A stretch of DNA of 59,725 nt from an uncultured Campylobacteraceae bacterium (GTDB lineage: Bacteria > Campylobacterota > Campylobacteria > Campylobacterales > JALSKU01), in the NCBI GenBank assembly GCA_964556545.1, contig CAZKWE010000053.1, positions 1 through 59,725 on the forward strand. The letters run 5' to 3'. The notes under the pieces are model-generated. The model was given only the letters and a program-made list of their open reading frames with translations. It searched no databases and was not told the origin of the DNA. Positions 9,462-19,455 of the stretch are shown here, piece after piece. Positions within the stretch are counted from its first letter, which is position 1, and every line of letters begins with the position of its first letter. The position numbers and the translations under genes were made by a program.

Positions 9462-12400
9462 ATGATAAAAAGATTTATTGCATTTGGAGTTGACAAGCCG
9501 GTATTAAATCATATATTTTTAATATTTTTACTTGTTTTATCAATTATATCATACAATAAAATTCCAAAAGAGATATTTCCTTCCACTTTGCTTGATGCTA
9601 TAGTAATTAAAGGTGCATATCCGGGTGCAAGTCCTGATATTCTTGATAAAATGGCAGTTAAAAATATAGAAGATGATATAAAAAACTTAAGCAACATTGA
9701 TGAAGTTTCAAGTATTATAAAAAATGGTTTTTTCAGGATAAAAGTTGATCTTAAAAAAGGTGCAAACTCCCAAGAAACACTTGATGATATAAAAGATATT
9801 ATAAGTAACCAAAAGAGATATCTTCCTTCGGATATGGATGAACCTACGGCGAAAATGCTCAAAAAAAGTTTTCCTCTTATAACCGTAACCATATCTTCTG
9901 ATAAAGCTTCTACAAAAGAGCTTTTGGATTTGGCGGATAAACTGAAAAATGATTTGTATACTATTTCGAATTTAAGTGATATATCCATAAGAGGAGATGC
10001 AAATACGGAACTTGTTTTTGATCTAAATGATAAAAAAATATTTGCCTATGGCTTAAGTGAAAGCAGTGTAGTAAATGCTTTATCTTCTTTAAGTTCTATT
10101 TTTCCTGTCGGTATTATTAAGCAGACGGGAAAGCATTTGTATGTCAGTACAATTAACGGAGAAAAAGATATTCGAAAAATCAAAGATACCATTATATCCG
10201 TAAACGGTAAAAAAGTCAGGATAAAAGATATAGCCGATGTTGCTTTCAAACTTAGTGATTTAAGTGAAGTATCTCATTTTAACGGTAAACCGAATATAGC
10301 CATAAATATTAAAAAAGCCAAACAGGGCGATGCTATAAAATTGGTAAAAAGTATAAAAAAACTTTTAAAAAATTATGAATCAAAATACAAAAACTACAGT
10401 TTCAATACATATACGGATACCTCAATTTGGATAAGAAACAGATTGAATATAGTTATTTCCAATATTATCTTCGGGCTTATTTTGGTTACACTTTCCGTTT
10501 ATATATTTGTTAGCGGCAGAATTGCTTTTGTAGTTGGTATCGGAATACCGGTTAGTTTTATGATAGGATTGATTGCAACTGAACTTTTGGGATACTCTTT
10601 AAATATGCTTTCTCTTCTTGGAGCATTAATGGCTCTTGGCATGCTTGTGGATGAAGCTATAGTTGTAGCGGAAAATATATATAGGCATCTTGAAAAAGGT
10701 GACGACAGCAGGACTGCTGCTATCAATGGTGCAGCAGAAATGTTTCCTGCGGTTTTAACAGCAACCTCTACAACGATTTTTGCCTTTTTGCCTCTTTTGA
10801 TAGTAAGTGGCGAGATGGGACTTTTTATAAGAATTATCCCGGTTATGATATCCATACTTCTTTTAAGTTCTCTTTTTGAAGCATTTTACTTTTTGCCTTT
10901 GCATGCCAAAGATTTTCTAAAGACACACAAGAAAAAAGACAGAACAAAAAGATTTTGGGATTGGGCGAAAAGAGTTTATTCAAATATTATGATGATTTCC
11001 ATGAAGTATCAAAAAACAACTTTACTACTTTTTTTAGTGCCGATTTTATCTTTGACGCTGTTTTTGCTTAAAAACAGTAAATTTCAACTTTTTCCGGAAT
11101 TTGACAATACTCAGATATTTTTGGTTGGAAAAGTAAATGTCAACAATAATCTGTATCAAACACAAAAACTTGTAACAAGAGTAGAAAAAATACTTCTTAA
11201 AAAGCTTCCAAAAGGAGATGTCGCTTCTATAACTTCAATAAGCGGGCTTAAGCTTGACAATAAATTCAGACCCGATATTGCAGAAAATAATTTTCAAATA
11301 TTTATCAATCTTTATGAGAGAAAACCGGAAAATTTTTTTGATAAATATATAAATCCCTATTTATCACCCGAATATGACGATACGGATATGAAAAGAAGCC
11401 ACAGTGCTCAGGAAATTGCAAAAATGATAAAAAAAATTACCGCCAATATTGCCAAAAGCAAAGAGTATGAAGAGTTTTCTGTAACGGTACCCGGTGCCGG
11501 GATAGTTAAAAGTGATATAGAGTTATCTTTTTCAGGAAAAAGTCAAGATATAAAAAAAGCTTTAAAAATAGTAGAAGACAAAATGAAAACAATTTCCGGA
11601 GTTTTTAATGTCAGCGATGATATGCTAAGCGGAGAAAAAGAGTTGAAATTAAGAGTTAACAAATATGGGCAAACTCTTGGTTTTAATGAGATAATCTTAA
11701 GTCGGGTTTTGAAAAATTATTTTCAAAAAGCTGAAATCGGGAAAATGTTTAAAGGTGAAGATCTTATAAAAATCAAATCAGAACTTTTAAATAAAGATAG
11801 TTTTGAAAAATTAAAAGATTTTTATATAGATATACCGGGCAGTCTCAAAAAAGTAAGACTCAAAGATATAGCTGATTTTATCATAAGACCGAGTTATACT
11901 GAAATTTTTAAAGACAATGGAGTAAGAATCAGAACGGTATTTGGTTCGCTTGATAAAAAAAAGCTGACTTCTGCCGAATTTTTAAAAAAGATGAAAACCG
12001 TATTTAAAAAAGTTAAAAATATGGGAGTTAAAATAGATATAAAAGGCGAACAAAAATCAAACAGACAAATTCAAAAAGAGATGGCGGAAGCAGGGATAAT
12101 TGCACTGTTTCTTATATTTATAGCACTTGTTTGGATGTTTGACAGTGCAGTATTGTCACTGGTTGTTTTAAGCACCATTCCTCTTTCCGTGCTTGGGGTA
12201 TTGGTGGGTAATCTTATCATGGGATTGAATTTGACTATGCCGGGTCTTCTTGGGCTTGTAGGGCTGAGTGGGGTCGTAGTAAATGATGGGATTATTATGA
12301 TAGATTTTATCAAGAAAACGAAATCTTTAAAAGAAGCGGTTGTGCTTGCGTCATTAAGACTAAGACCTATATTTTTAACTTCCGTTACCACGGTTTTGGG

Positions 12401-12548
12401 GTTAATGACTTTAATGTTTTTTGCCTCAGGACAATCCGTAATCCTTCAGCCTATGGCTATAGCTTTGGGATTTGGTGTTGCATGGGCTACTGTTTTGAAC
12501 CTCTTTTATGTACCGGTGCTTTATTCAGTAATTTATAGGGTAAAATAA
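9462..12548 (+). CDS. RND efflux transporter permease, AcrB/AcrD/AcrF family
   Basis: 1028 aa with two large periplasmic loops and two TM bundles. GMLVDEAIVVAENIYR, VVNDGI and RLRPIFLTSVTT. Confidence 0.95.
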   Translation: MIKRFIAFGVDKPVLNHIFLIFLLVLSIISYNKIPKEIFPSTLLDAIVIKGAYPGASPDILDKMAVKNIEDDIKNLSNIDEVSSIIKNGFFRIKVDLKKGANSQETLDDIKDIISNQKRYLPSDMDEPTAKMLKKSFPLITVTISSDKASTKELLDLADKLKNDLYTISNLSDISIRGDANTELVFDLNDKKIFAYGLSESSVVNALSSLSSIFPVGIIKQTGKHLYVSTINGEKDIRKIKDTIISVNGKKVRIKDIADVAFKLSDLSEVSHFNGKPNIAINIKKAKQGDAIKLVKSIKKLLKNYESKYKNYSFNTYTDTSIWIRNRLNIVISNIIFGLILVTLSVYIFVSGRIAFVVGIGIPVSFMIGLIATELLGYSLNMLSLLGALMALGMLVDEAIVVAENIYRHLEKGDDSRTAAINGAAEMFPAVLTATSTTIFAFLPLLIVSGEMGLFIRIIPVMISILLLSSLFEAFYFLPLHAKDFLKTHKKKDRTKRFWDWAKRVYSNIMMISMKYQKTTLLLFLVPILSLTLFLLKNSKFQLFPEFDNTQIFLVGKVNVNNNLYQTQKLVTRVEKILLKKLPKGDVASITSISGLKLDNKFRPDIAENNFQIFINLYERKPENFFDKYINPYLSPEYDDTDMKRSHSAQEIAKMIKKITANIAKSKEYEEFSVTVPGAGIVKSDIELSFSGKSQDIKKALKIVEDKMKTISGVFNVSDDMLSGEKELKLRVNKYGQTLGFNEIILSRVLKNYFQKAEIGKMFKGEDLIKIKSELLNKDSFEKLKDFYIDIPGSLKKVRLKDIADFIIRPSYTEIFKDNGVRIRTVFGSLDKKKLTSAEFLKKMKTVFKKVKNMGVKIDIKGEQKSNRQIQKEMAEAGIIALFLIFIALVWMFDSAVLSLVVLSTIPLSVLGVLVGNLIMGLNLTMPGLLGLVGLSGVVVNDGIIMIDFIKKTKSLKEAVVLASLRLRPIFLTSVTTVLGLMTLMFFASGQSVILQPMAIALGFGVAWATVLNLFYVPVLYSVIYRVK

Positions 12549-12597
12549 GATATAATATGCGTTTATAATAAAAGATATATAACAAAGAGGATAAAAA

Positions 12598-12876
12598 ATG
12601 TGGCTTGAAGATGATGATATATTTGGCGGAAAACCGGAAGATAAATTTTTTGATATAATTTATAATGCAAACAGAAATTTGGTACAAAACGAACTTGTTG
12701 ATACCGTTTCAAGAACGGCGGCTATGGAGCTTTTGCTTGAAGAAATGTTGGGAGAGGATAAAGATATAGAAGCAATTATTGCAAATTATTACAGCAACAA
12801 TACGGATAAAGTAAATAACAAGATGAATGATCTTTATATACAGATGATGGGAAATATATTAAGTCAAAATGAGTAA
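12598..12876 (+). CDS. Conserved Campylobacterota hypothetical protein (DUF2018-like)
   Basis: DDIFGGKPEDKFFDII..ANRNLV pattern and position upstream of the polyprenyl synthase-hemA block. Confidence 0.65.
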   Translation: MWLEDDDIFGGKPEDKFFDIIYNANRNLVQNELVDTVSRTAAMELLLEEMLGEDKDIEAIIANYYSNNTDKVNNKMNDLYIQMMGNILSQNE

Positions 12877-13312
12877 AATTTTTACCGTTTTTCTTTTTTG
12901 TGTTATACAGTTGTATGCTGCAAAATGGAAATATCAGTATCAATTTATTCTTAAAAAGGACCAAGTGGCAAAAGTTAAAATTTCTTACAGAGATAAAAAA
13001 GTATTTTTAAGAGATGGTGAATTTGATTTTAGATGGACACTCTATAAAAACGGTGCTTTGATAACACATAGTGTGTATCAAAAAGTTGAGCATCAGTATG
13101 TTTTGTACCAAACACACAGACTTGATAGTTTTGAAATTGAGCTTGTACCTATGGGTGTAAATATATCAAACAGGATATATCTGTTGGTTGTATTTGAATC
13201 ATTTGATAAAAAAAATAAAACCGCAACTATTGATATGTTTATTAAAGATGATAATGTTAAGATTTTGGCTGATTTTATAGATTTAAACAATAAGGGAATA
13301 AATGTTAAATAA
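12869..13312 (+). CDS. Exported beta-rich hypothetical protein
   Basis: Signal peptide MSKIFTVFLFCVIQLYA, FRWTLY motif, overlaps both neighbours (operonic). Confidence 0.7.
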   Translation: MSKIFTVFLFCVIQLYAAKWKYQYQFILKKDQVAKVKISYRDKKVFLRDGEFDFRWTLYKNGALITHSVYQKVEHQYVLYQTHRLDSFEIELVPMGVNISNRIYLLVVFESFDKKNKTATIDMFIKDDNVKILADFIDLNNKGINVK

Positions 13313-14201
13313 AGTTGATGAAAGTATTAAAAATTTTATCAGAGAGTTAAATGAGGACATTGTAACGGATCTGTATGACAGAATTTCTTCAGGAAAAAAA
13401 CTTAGAGCGAAACTGATAATGAAAATTTCTTCAGCCAAAAGTCATCAAGCAATTATCTTGGCATCCATAGTAGAAATGATACATGCTGCAAGTTTGCTTC
13501 ACGATGATGTTATAGATGAAGCTGACACAAGAAGAGGAAAAGAGTCTATCAATTTTCTTTTTGGGAATAAAACTGCCATAATGCTTGGTGATATACTTTA
13601 CTCAAAAGCTTTTTTTGAACTTTGTAATTTTTCAAAAGATATTGCAAAAACTATTTCAAATGCCGTAACTCTTTTGTCCGTGGGAGAACTTCTTGATGTG
13701 GAACTTTCGCATAGTTTTAATACCGATAAAGAAAAATATTTTGATATGATATATAAAAAAACAGCTTCGCTTATAGAAGCAGCATCTTCAAGTGCTGCAA
13801 TGCTAACAGGTTTTGATGAAAAAAAATTTGCTGTTTATGGTAAAAATCTCGGACTTGCTTTTCAGATTATAGATGATGTGTTAGATATAACAAGCAATGA
13901 CAAGATGCTTGGAAAGCCGGCTATGAATGATTTTAAAGAAGGCAAAACAACACTGCCTTATATATTTTTGTATGAGAAATTAAACAATAAAGACAGAGAA
14001 AAACTTTTAACACTTTTCAAAAAAGATATAAGCAAGAGCGATCAAAACTGGATAAAAGAAAAAATGCAAGAGAGCAGGGCTTTGGGTAAAACTCTTGATA
14101 TTGTTAATCATTTAGCCGATGAAGCATTGGATGCTATAAAAGATTATAAAAACAAAGAGCTTGAAAAAATTATAAAAGATATGATTCAAAGAGAATACTA
14201 A
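13302..14201 (+). CDS. ispB: Polyprenyl (octaprenyl-type) diphosphate synthase
   Basis: GKKLR, first motif SLLHDDVID..RRG, second motif FQIIDDVLD and DFKEGKTTLP. Confidence 0.9.
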   Translation: MLNKVDESIKNFIRELNEDIVTDLYDRISSGKKLRAKLIMKISSAKSHQAIILASIVEMIHAASLLHDDVIDEADTRRGKESINFLFGNKTAIMLGDILYSKAFFELCNFSKDIAKTISNAVTLLSVGELLDVELSHSFNTDKEKYFDMIYKKTASLIEAASSSAAMLTGFDEKKFAVYGKNLGLAFQIIDDVLDITSNDKMLGKPAMNDFKEGKTTLPYIFLYEKLNNKDREKLLTLFKKDISKSDQNWIKEKMQESRALGKTLDIVNHLADEALDAIKDYKNKELEKIIKDMIQREY

Positions 14202-14210
14202 AGGTAAATT

Positions 14211-15548
14211 ATGAATTATTTGATAGTCAGTTTTTCACATAAAAACAGTGATATTGCCACAAGGGAAAAAATTGCTTTTAACAGTGATGAAAAAAAGATA
14301 GAATTTTCTAAAAAATTACTAAATTATCCCGAAATAAACGAAGTTTTGATACTTTCAACCTGTAATAGAGTAGAAATTTTTACCAATGTCAAGGATTGTA
14401 ATGATGCACTTGAACATATCTTTTGCGAATTGGAAGAGTTTTCTTCTATTCCTGTAGATGAACTCAAAGGAAGAGCTGACATATACGAAGATAATGGTGC
14501 TATACATCATATATTTTCCGTTGCTTCTTCGCTTGATAGTGTGGTAATTGGTGAAACACAGATAGTAGGGCAGATAAAAGATGCATTTAAGTTTTGTTTT
14601 GACAATGGTTTTTGTTCGCAAAAGATAGCCAGAGTCATGCATCATACTTTCAGATGCGCGGCGGCTGTTAGAAGTTCAACTGAGATAAGTTCATCTCCGG
14701 TTTCCATATCAAGTGTTGCAGTTAACAAAGCAAAAGATTTGGCAGGCGGAAGTTTGGCGGGTTTTTCAGCTATTGTTATAGGTGCGGGCGAAATGAGTAG
14801 GATTTGTGCAGAGCATTTGATAAAAAACGGATGCAATGTTATCATCATTAATCGAAATATTGAAAAAGCTGAGAAATTGGCAAAAGAACTTGGAGAAACA
14901 ACAATAGCCGAAGGTTTTGACAAAATAGAGAGTTTTATAAACAAATACAGATTTTTATTTAGTGCTACAGGTGCGGATAATTATATCATAAAAGATGAAA
15001 TGGTAAAAGAGGTTGATTTTGAAAGATGCTGGTTTGATATAGCAGTGCCAAGAGATATACAGGAGAGTTGTAAAGAAAAAAATATTAATCTTTTCAGTGT
15101 AGATGATTTGAAAAATGTTGTTTCTCAAAATAAAGCCTTTAGAGAGAAACAAGCAAGTGTTGCATTTTCTATAATTGGAAAATTTACTATTGAATTTTAC
15201 AAATGGCTTCAAACGCTGCAAGTTGAGCCAATTATAAAAAGAATGAGAGAAATGGCAAAAAGAAGTGCACAAAAAGAGTTAGAGAGAGCTATAAAAAAAG
15301 GGTATCTTCCAAAAGAACAAAAAGATGAAGTAGAAAAGATACTTCATCAAGCTTTTAATACTTTCTTGCATAAACCAACTTGCAATTTAAAAAAAGTAGC
15401 GGAAGATCCTGAGTTTGATACCATAGTACAATCATTTCAATACCTATTTGGAATAAATGAAAAACAAACAAAGTCAATGAATATGTATAAATGCGAATAT
15501 CATATGGAAAAAGGACCTACAAATCATTTAACTAAGGAGCATAAGTGA
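14211..15548 (+). CDS. hemA: Glutamyl-tRNA reductase
   Basis: [29 protein letters not shown] and DIAVPRDI. Confidence 0.98.
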   Translation: MNYLIVSFSHKNSDIATREKIAFNSDEKKIEFSKKLLNYPEINEVLILSTCNRVEIFTNVKDCNDALEHIFCELEEFSSIPVDELKGRADIYEDNGAIHHIFSVASSLDSVVIGETQIVGQIKDAFKFCFDNGFCSQKIARVMHHTFRCAAAVRSSTEISSSPVSISSVAVNKAKDLAGGSLAGFSAIVIGAGEMSRICAEHLIKNGCNVIIINRNIEKAEKLAKELGETTIAEGFDKIESFINKYRFLFSATGADNYIIKDEMVKEVDFERCWFDIAVPRDIQESCKEKNINLFSVDDLKNVVSQNKAFREKQASVAFSIIGKFTIEFYKWLQTLQVEPIIKRMREMAKRSAQKELERAIKKGYLPKEQKDEVEKILHQAFNTFLHKPTCNLKKVAEDPEFDTIVQSFQYLFGINEKQTKSMNMYKCEYHMEKGPTNHLTKEHK

Positions 15549-17248
15549 GATTTTCAAAATGTTTTATACCCACAACCAAAGAAGCACCAAGCGATGCCGT
15601 TCTTCCAAGCCATAAGCTTTTGGTTCAGGGAGGTTTTGTATCTCAGGTCGGAAGCGGAATATATAACTTTTTGCCTTTGGGAAAGATAGTTTTAGAAAAG
15701 ATTAGAAAAATCGTAAAAGAAGAACTTGACAAGGCAGGCTCACAGGAAGTTCAGCTTGGCTTTGTAACTCCTGCTGAATTATGGAAAGAAAGTGGCAGAT
15801 ATTTAAAATACGGTAAAGAGCTTTTGAGAATTAAAGATAGAAAAGACAATGAATTTGTTTTAAGTCCTACTGCCGAAGAAATGATGGTGGACTTGGTTAG
15901 AAACAGGATAAAAAGTTATAAACAGCTTCCGTTAAATCTTTATCAAATAAATACAAAATTCAGAGATGAGGCAAGACCGAGATTTGGATTGTTAAGAGGC
16001 AGAGAATTTTTAATGGAAGATGGATATAGTTTTCATGAAAGTTTTGAAGATCTTGATAGAGAATTTGACTTAATGGAAAAAACTTATTCAAAGATTTTCG
16101 ATAGACTCGGTCTTGATTTTAGAGTGGTTGATGCCGATAGCGGAGCAATCGGAGGAACAGGAAGTAAAGAGTTTATGGTTTTAGCAGATAACGGGGAAGA
16201 CGATATCGTTATTTGTGATAATTGTTCATATGCAGCCAATATAGAAGTAGCAAAAAGAGCAAAGAGAATTCCTCCTTATGATGAAAAACCGCAAATGACA
16301 CCGGGTAATTTTTATACACCTGAAGTTAAAACGATAGAAACGCTGTCAGAGTTTTTTATGATAGAGCCTTACTATCTTGCCAAGGCGGTTGCAAAAAAGG
16401 CTTTGTTTGAAGACGGCAATGAAAAAATAGTTATATATTTTTTAAGAGGAGACGACACTCTTGAGGAGACAAAAGCTTTAAATGCGGTTAATGCTTTGGA
16501 ATTGGTTGATGTGAGTGAAGAAGAACTCGTTAAAAATGGTATAACTCCCGGTTTTATAGGATTTGAGGTTAAAAATACACAAATTGTTATAGATATTGAT
16601 TTAAAAGATGACGATACTTTGATATGCGGAGCAAATAAAAAGGATTATCATTTTGTAGGATACTCTTTAAAGGATAAATTTAAAGATAAATTTTATGATA
16701 TAGCTGAAGTTAGAGAGTTTGACTTGTGTGCTAAATGCGGTGGTAAATTATCCCAAACAAAAGGTATAGAAGTCGGTCATATTTTTAAGCTTGGAGATAG
16801 ATACTCAAAACCTTTGCAAGCAAATTTTTTGGATAAAAACGGTAAATCAAAGCCATTTATCATGGGAACATACGGCATAGGAGTCAGCAGACTTGAAGCT
16901 GTCATTATAGAACAGCATCATGATGATAAAGGATGCATTTGGACAAAAGAGAGTGCTCCTTTTATGCTTGATATAATTGTTTCAAATCCGAAAAATGAAG
17001 ATGAACTTAATTTTGGAAATAAAATTTACAATGAATTATTATCTTTAAATAAAGAAGTTATAATAGACGACAGAAAAGAGAGATTCGGTTTTAAGATGAA
17101 AGATTTTGAGCTTATAGGATTTCCTTATGCCCTGATAGTCGGTAAATCCTTAAAAGACGGAGTAGTAGAATTGGTAGAGAGAAAAACATTGAAAAAAAGT
17201 GTTATAAAAAAAGAAGAAATATTGCAAAAATTAAAAGAGTTGATATAA
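15545..17248 (+). CDS. proS: Proline--tRNA ligase (bacterial type with INS editing domain), GTG start
   Basis: [36 protein letters not shown] and [10 protein letters not shown]. Confidence 0.98.
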   Translation: MRFSKCFIPTTKEAPSDAVLPSHKLLVQGGFVSQVGSGIYNFLPLGKIVLEKIRKIVKEELDKAGSQEVQLGFVTPAELWKESGRYLKYGKELLRIKDRKDNEFVLSPTAEEMMVDLVRNRIKSYKQLPLNLYQINTKFRDEARPRFGLLRGREFLMEDGYSFHESFEDLDREFDLMEKTYSKIFDRLGLDFRVVDADSGAIGGTGSKEFMVLADNGEDDIVICDNCSYAANIEVAKRAKRIPPYDEKPQMTPGNFYTPEVKTIETLSEFFMIEPYYLAKAVAKKALFEDGNEKIVIYFLRGDDTLEETKALNAVNALELVDVSEEELVKNGITPGFIGFEVKNTQIVIDIDLKDDDTLICGANKKDYHFVGYSLKDKFKDKFYDIAEVREFDLCAKCGGKLSQTKGIEVGHIFKLGDRYSKPLQANFLDKNGKSKPFIMGTYGIGVSRLEAVIIEQHHDDKGCIWTKESAPFMLDIIVSNPKNEDELNFGNKIYNELLSLNKEVIIDDRKERFGFKMKDFELIGFPYALIVGKSLKDGVVELVERKTLKKSVIKKEEILQKLKELI

Positions 17249-17644
17249 ATGGTTTATTTTTTAATATATCTTTTTTTGGAAATTACCGTTACCCTAAATA
17301 TCGCTTCTCGTATCGGCAGTTTTGCTACTTTTATAGAAGTGATAGGTTCTGCAATTGTCGGTTTTATTATTATTGTAAATCTTGGCAGTAGTTTAAATGA
17401 AGGCTTTAGAGCATTGGTTGAGAGACGAATTAGCGAAGAAGAATTTTTGCAGCTTCATCTTTTTATGCTAATAGGCGCAATCTTGCTTATCATACCCGGT
17501 TTTTTAAGTGATATTGTGGGTATTTTATTTCAATTTCCATATATCGGACTTAAAATTACAAAAAAATTTTATAGATTTAAAAATAAAGAAAAAAGGAGTG
17601 ACGATGTCATTGATGTCGAAGTTATTGACAATATGGATAAGTAG
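17249..17644 (+). CDS. fxsA: FxsA family membrane protein
   Basis: GAILLIIPGFLSDIVG motif and C-terminal DVIDVE. Confidence 0.85.
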   Translation: MVYFLIYLFLEITVTLNIASRIGSFATFIEVIGSAIVGFIIIVNLGSSLNEGFRALVERRISEEEFLQLHLFMLIGAILLIIPGFLSDIVGILFQFPYIGLKITKKFYRFKNKEKRSDDVIDVEVIDNMDK

Positions 17645-18470
17645 TGTTTTATTTGTTTTTGCGGGAAATTTAACAACAACCAAGAAGGTTGAAAAATTTT
17701 TAACTACATCCATAAGACCAAATAAAAATATAAAGGTTCTTGGTTTTCATATAGTTAAAGTTATAGACCTAAAAGATATTCCCGGCTGGAAAGCTTATGT
17801 TTTAACCATTGATATAGAATTATTGAAGCAAAATAACAGAGTTATAACGATAAAAGATGTTATATTTTCAAACGGTAAGTATTTAAGCAGAGCTTTTGTA
17901 GATATTGATACGAAAAAGAAATTAAAAGAGAGGATATTAAGGAGTTTTTCTCCTGATGCTCCTATGAGTTACTATGATGATGAACATTTGCTTTACGGCA
18001 GCAAAGATGCCAAGTATAAAATATTGGTTTTTAGCGATCCTCAATGTCCGTTTTGCATGGACTTTGTTCCTGATGTGATGGAATTTGTAAAAAAGCATCC
18101 TAAAGATTTTGCTTTATACTATTATCATATGCCTTTATCAATTCATCCGGGAAGTGATACCATAGTAAAAGCCGAGATAGCTGCCACAAAAAAAGGATAT
18201 AAAGATATATCTTATAAAGCTTACAAAAAAGATATGGAAGCTGATACAAAAGATCCAAAAAAAGTACTTGAAATTTTTAATAAAAAATTAAAAACAAATA
18301 TTACACTTGATGATATAAACAGTAAAGATGTTAAAAAGAGATTTAGTAATGATTTATTTAAAGCAAATAAAATATTGGTAAACGGAACTCCAAGTGTATA
18401 TGTTAACGGAAAATATGATGCCGGAAGAGAGAAAATACAGCATCTTATGGATAAGTATAAAACAAAATGA
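17604..18470 (+). CDS. Exported DsbA/DsbC-like thioredoxin-fold oxidoreductase
   Basis: FSDPQCPFC active site, cis-Pro loop GTPS and N-terminal signal/anchor. Start set at ATG 17604 from AGGAG at 17594-17598. Confidence 0.85.
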   Translation: MSLMSKLLTIWISSVLFVFAGNLTTTKKVEKFLTTSIRPNKNIKVLGFHIVKVIDLKDIPGWKAYVLTIDIELLKQNNRVITIKDVIFSNGKYLSRAFVDIDTKKKLKERILRSFSPDAPMSYYDDEHLLYGSKDAKYKILVFSDPQCPFCMDFVPDVMEFVKKHPKDFALYYYHMPLSIHPGSDTIVKAEIAATKKGYKDISYKAYKKDMEADTKDPKKVLEIFNKKLKTNITLDDINSKDVKKRFSNDLFKANKILVNGTPSVYVNGKYDAGREKIQHLMDKYKTK

Positions 18471-19426
18471 AAAATTTGATTATAGCAACAAGAGCCAGTG
18501 ACTTGGCTCTTTGGCAAGCATACCACATAAAAGAAAAAATTGAAAAAGAGTTTCCTTTTGTAAATGTTGAATTAAATAAAATAACAAGCAGAGGTGATAA
18601 AATACTTGATAAACCGTTGGCATTAATTGGTGGAAAAGGCCATTTTACAAAAGAACTTGAAGATGAAATGTTGGCGGGAAATGCAGATATGGCTGTGCAT
18701 TCGCTAAAAGATGTGCCGACTTTTATACCGGAAGGTTTGGAACTTATAGCGATTACAAAGAGAGAAGATCAAAGTGATGTTTTTTTGTCACATAAATACA
18801 AGAGCTTTGAGGAATTACCAAAAAATGCAATAGTCGGCACTACAAGTTTAAGGCGAAGAATGCAGTTAAAAGCCAAAAGAGCTGATTTGCAAATGAAAGA
18901 TTTAAGAGGAAATGTAAATACCAGATTAAGAAAATTGAAAGAGGGTCAGTTTGATGCAATTATATTGGCTTATATCGGGTTGCATAGACTTGATCTTCTA
19001 AAAAACATACCCTATGTTCAAAAACTTCCGGTTTCTATGATGCTTCCTCCTATGGGGCAGGCCGCTCTTGGAATAGAGATAGTTAGTAACAATGAAAAAC
19101 TTTATGAAATTGCTTCATTTTTAAACGATCCCGATACTGCACTTTGCACTAAACAAGAAAGAGACTTTGTAAGAGCCATAGGTGCAGGATGCTCATCTCC
19201 GGTTGCAGTTAATACAACCATAGAGAATGATAAAGTAATCATAAAAGCAATGATAGGTTATCCGGATGGTACTCATATACTCAAAGATGAGTTAAGGGCA
19301 AGCAGAGAAAGAGCTAATAATTTAGGTAATATGCTTGCATTTAATATGATAAAAAACGGAGCAATGGAAATATTAAAAGGTGCACAAAAGATAGCATTTA
19401 AAGAAGAGAGAGCACAAAGAATATAA
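18467..19426 (+). CDS. hemC: Hydroxymethylbilane synthase (porphobilinogen deaminase)
   Basis: IATRASDLALWQA, FTKELE, AVHSLKDVP, GTTSLRR, LRGNVNTRL and GAGCSSPV. Confidence 0.98.
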   Translation: MKNLIIATRASDLALWQAYHIKEKIEKEFPFVNVELNKITSRGDKILDKPLALIGGKGHFTKELEDEMLAGNADMAVHSLKDVPTFIPEGLELIAITKREDQSDVFLSHKYKSFEELPKNAIVGTTSLRRRMQLKAKRADLQMKDLRGNVNTRLRKLKEGQFDAIILAYIGLHRLDLLKNIPYVQKLPVSMMLPPMGQAALGIEIVSNNEKLYEIASFLNDPDTALCTKQERDFVRAIGAGCSSPVAVNTTIENDKVIIKAMIGYPDGTHILKDELRASRERANNLGNMLAFNMIKNGAMEILKGAQKIAFKEERAQRI

Positions 19427-19455
19427 AAAATTATAAATAAAATTGTGAGTAATAA

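Noticed and set aside
16001-16035. ProRS reads [11 protein letters not shown] where bacterial ProRS usually has MKD
   Set aside because: A single A/G difference that cannot be separated from natural variation or a base-call error without reads or homolog alignment.
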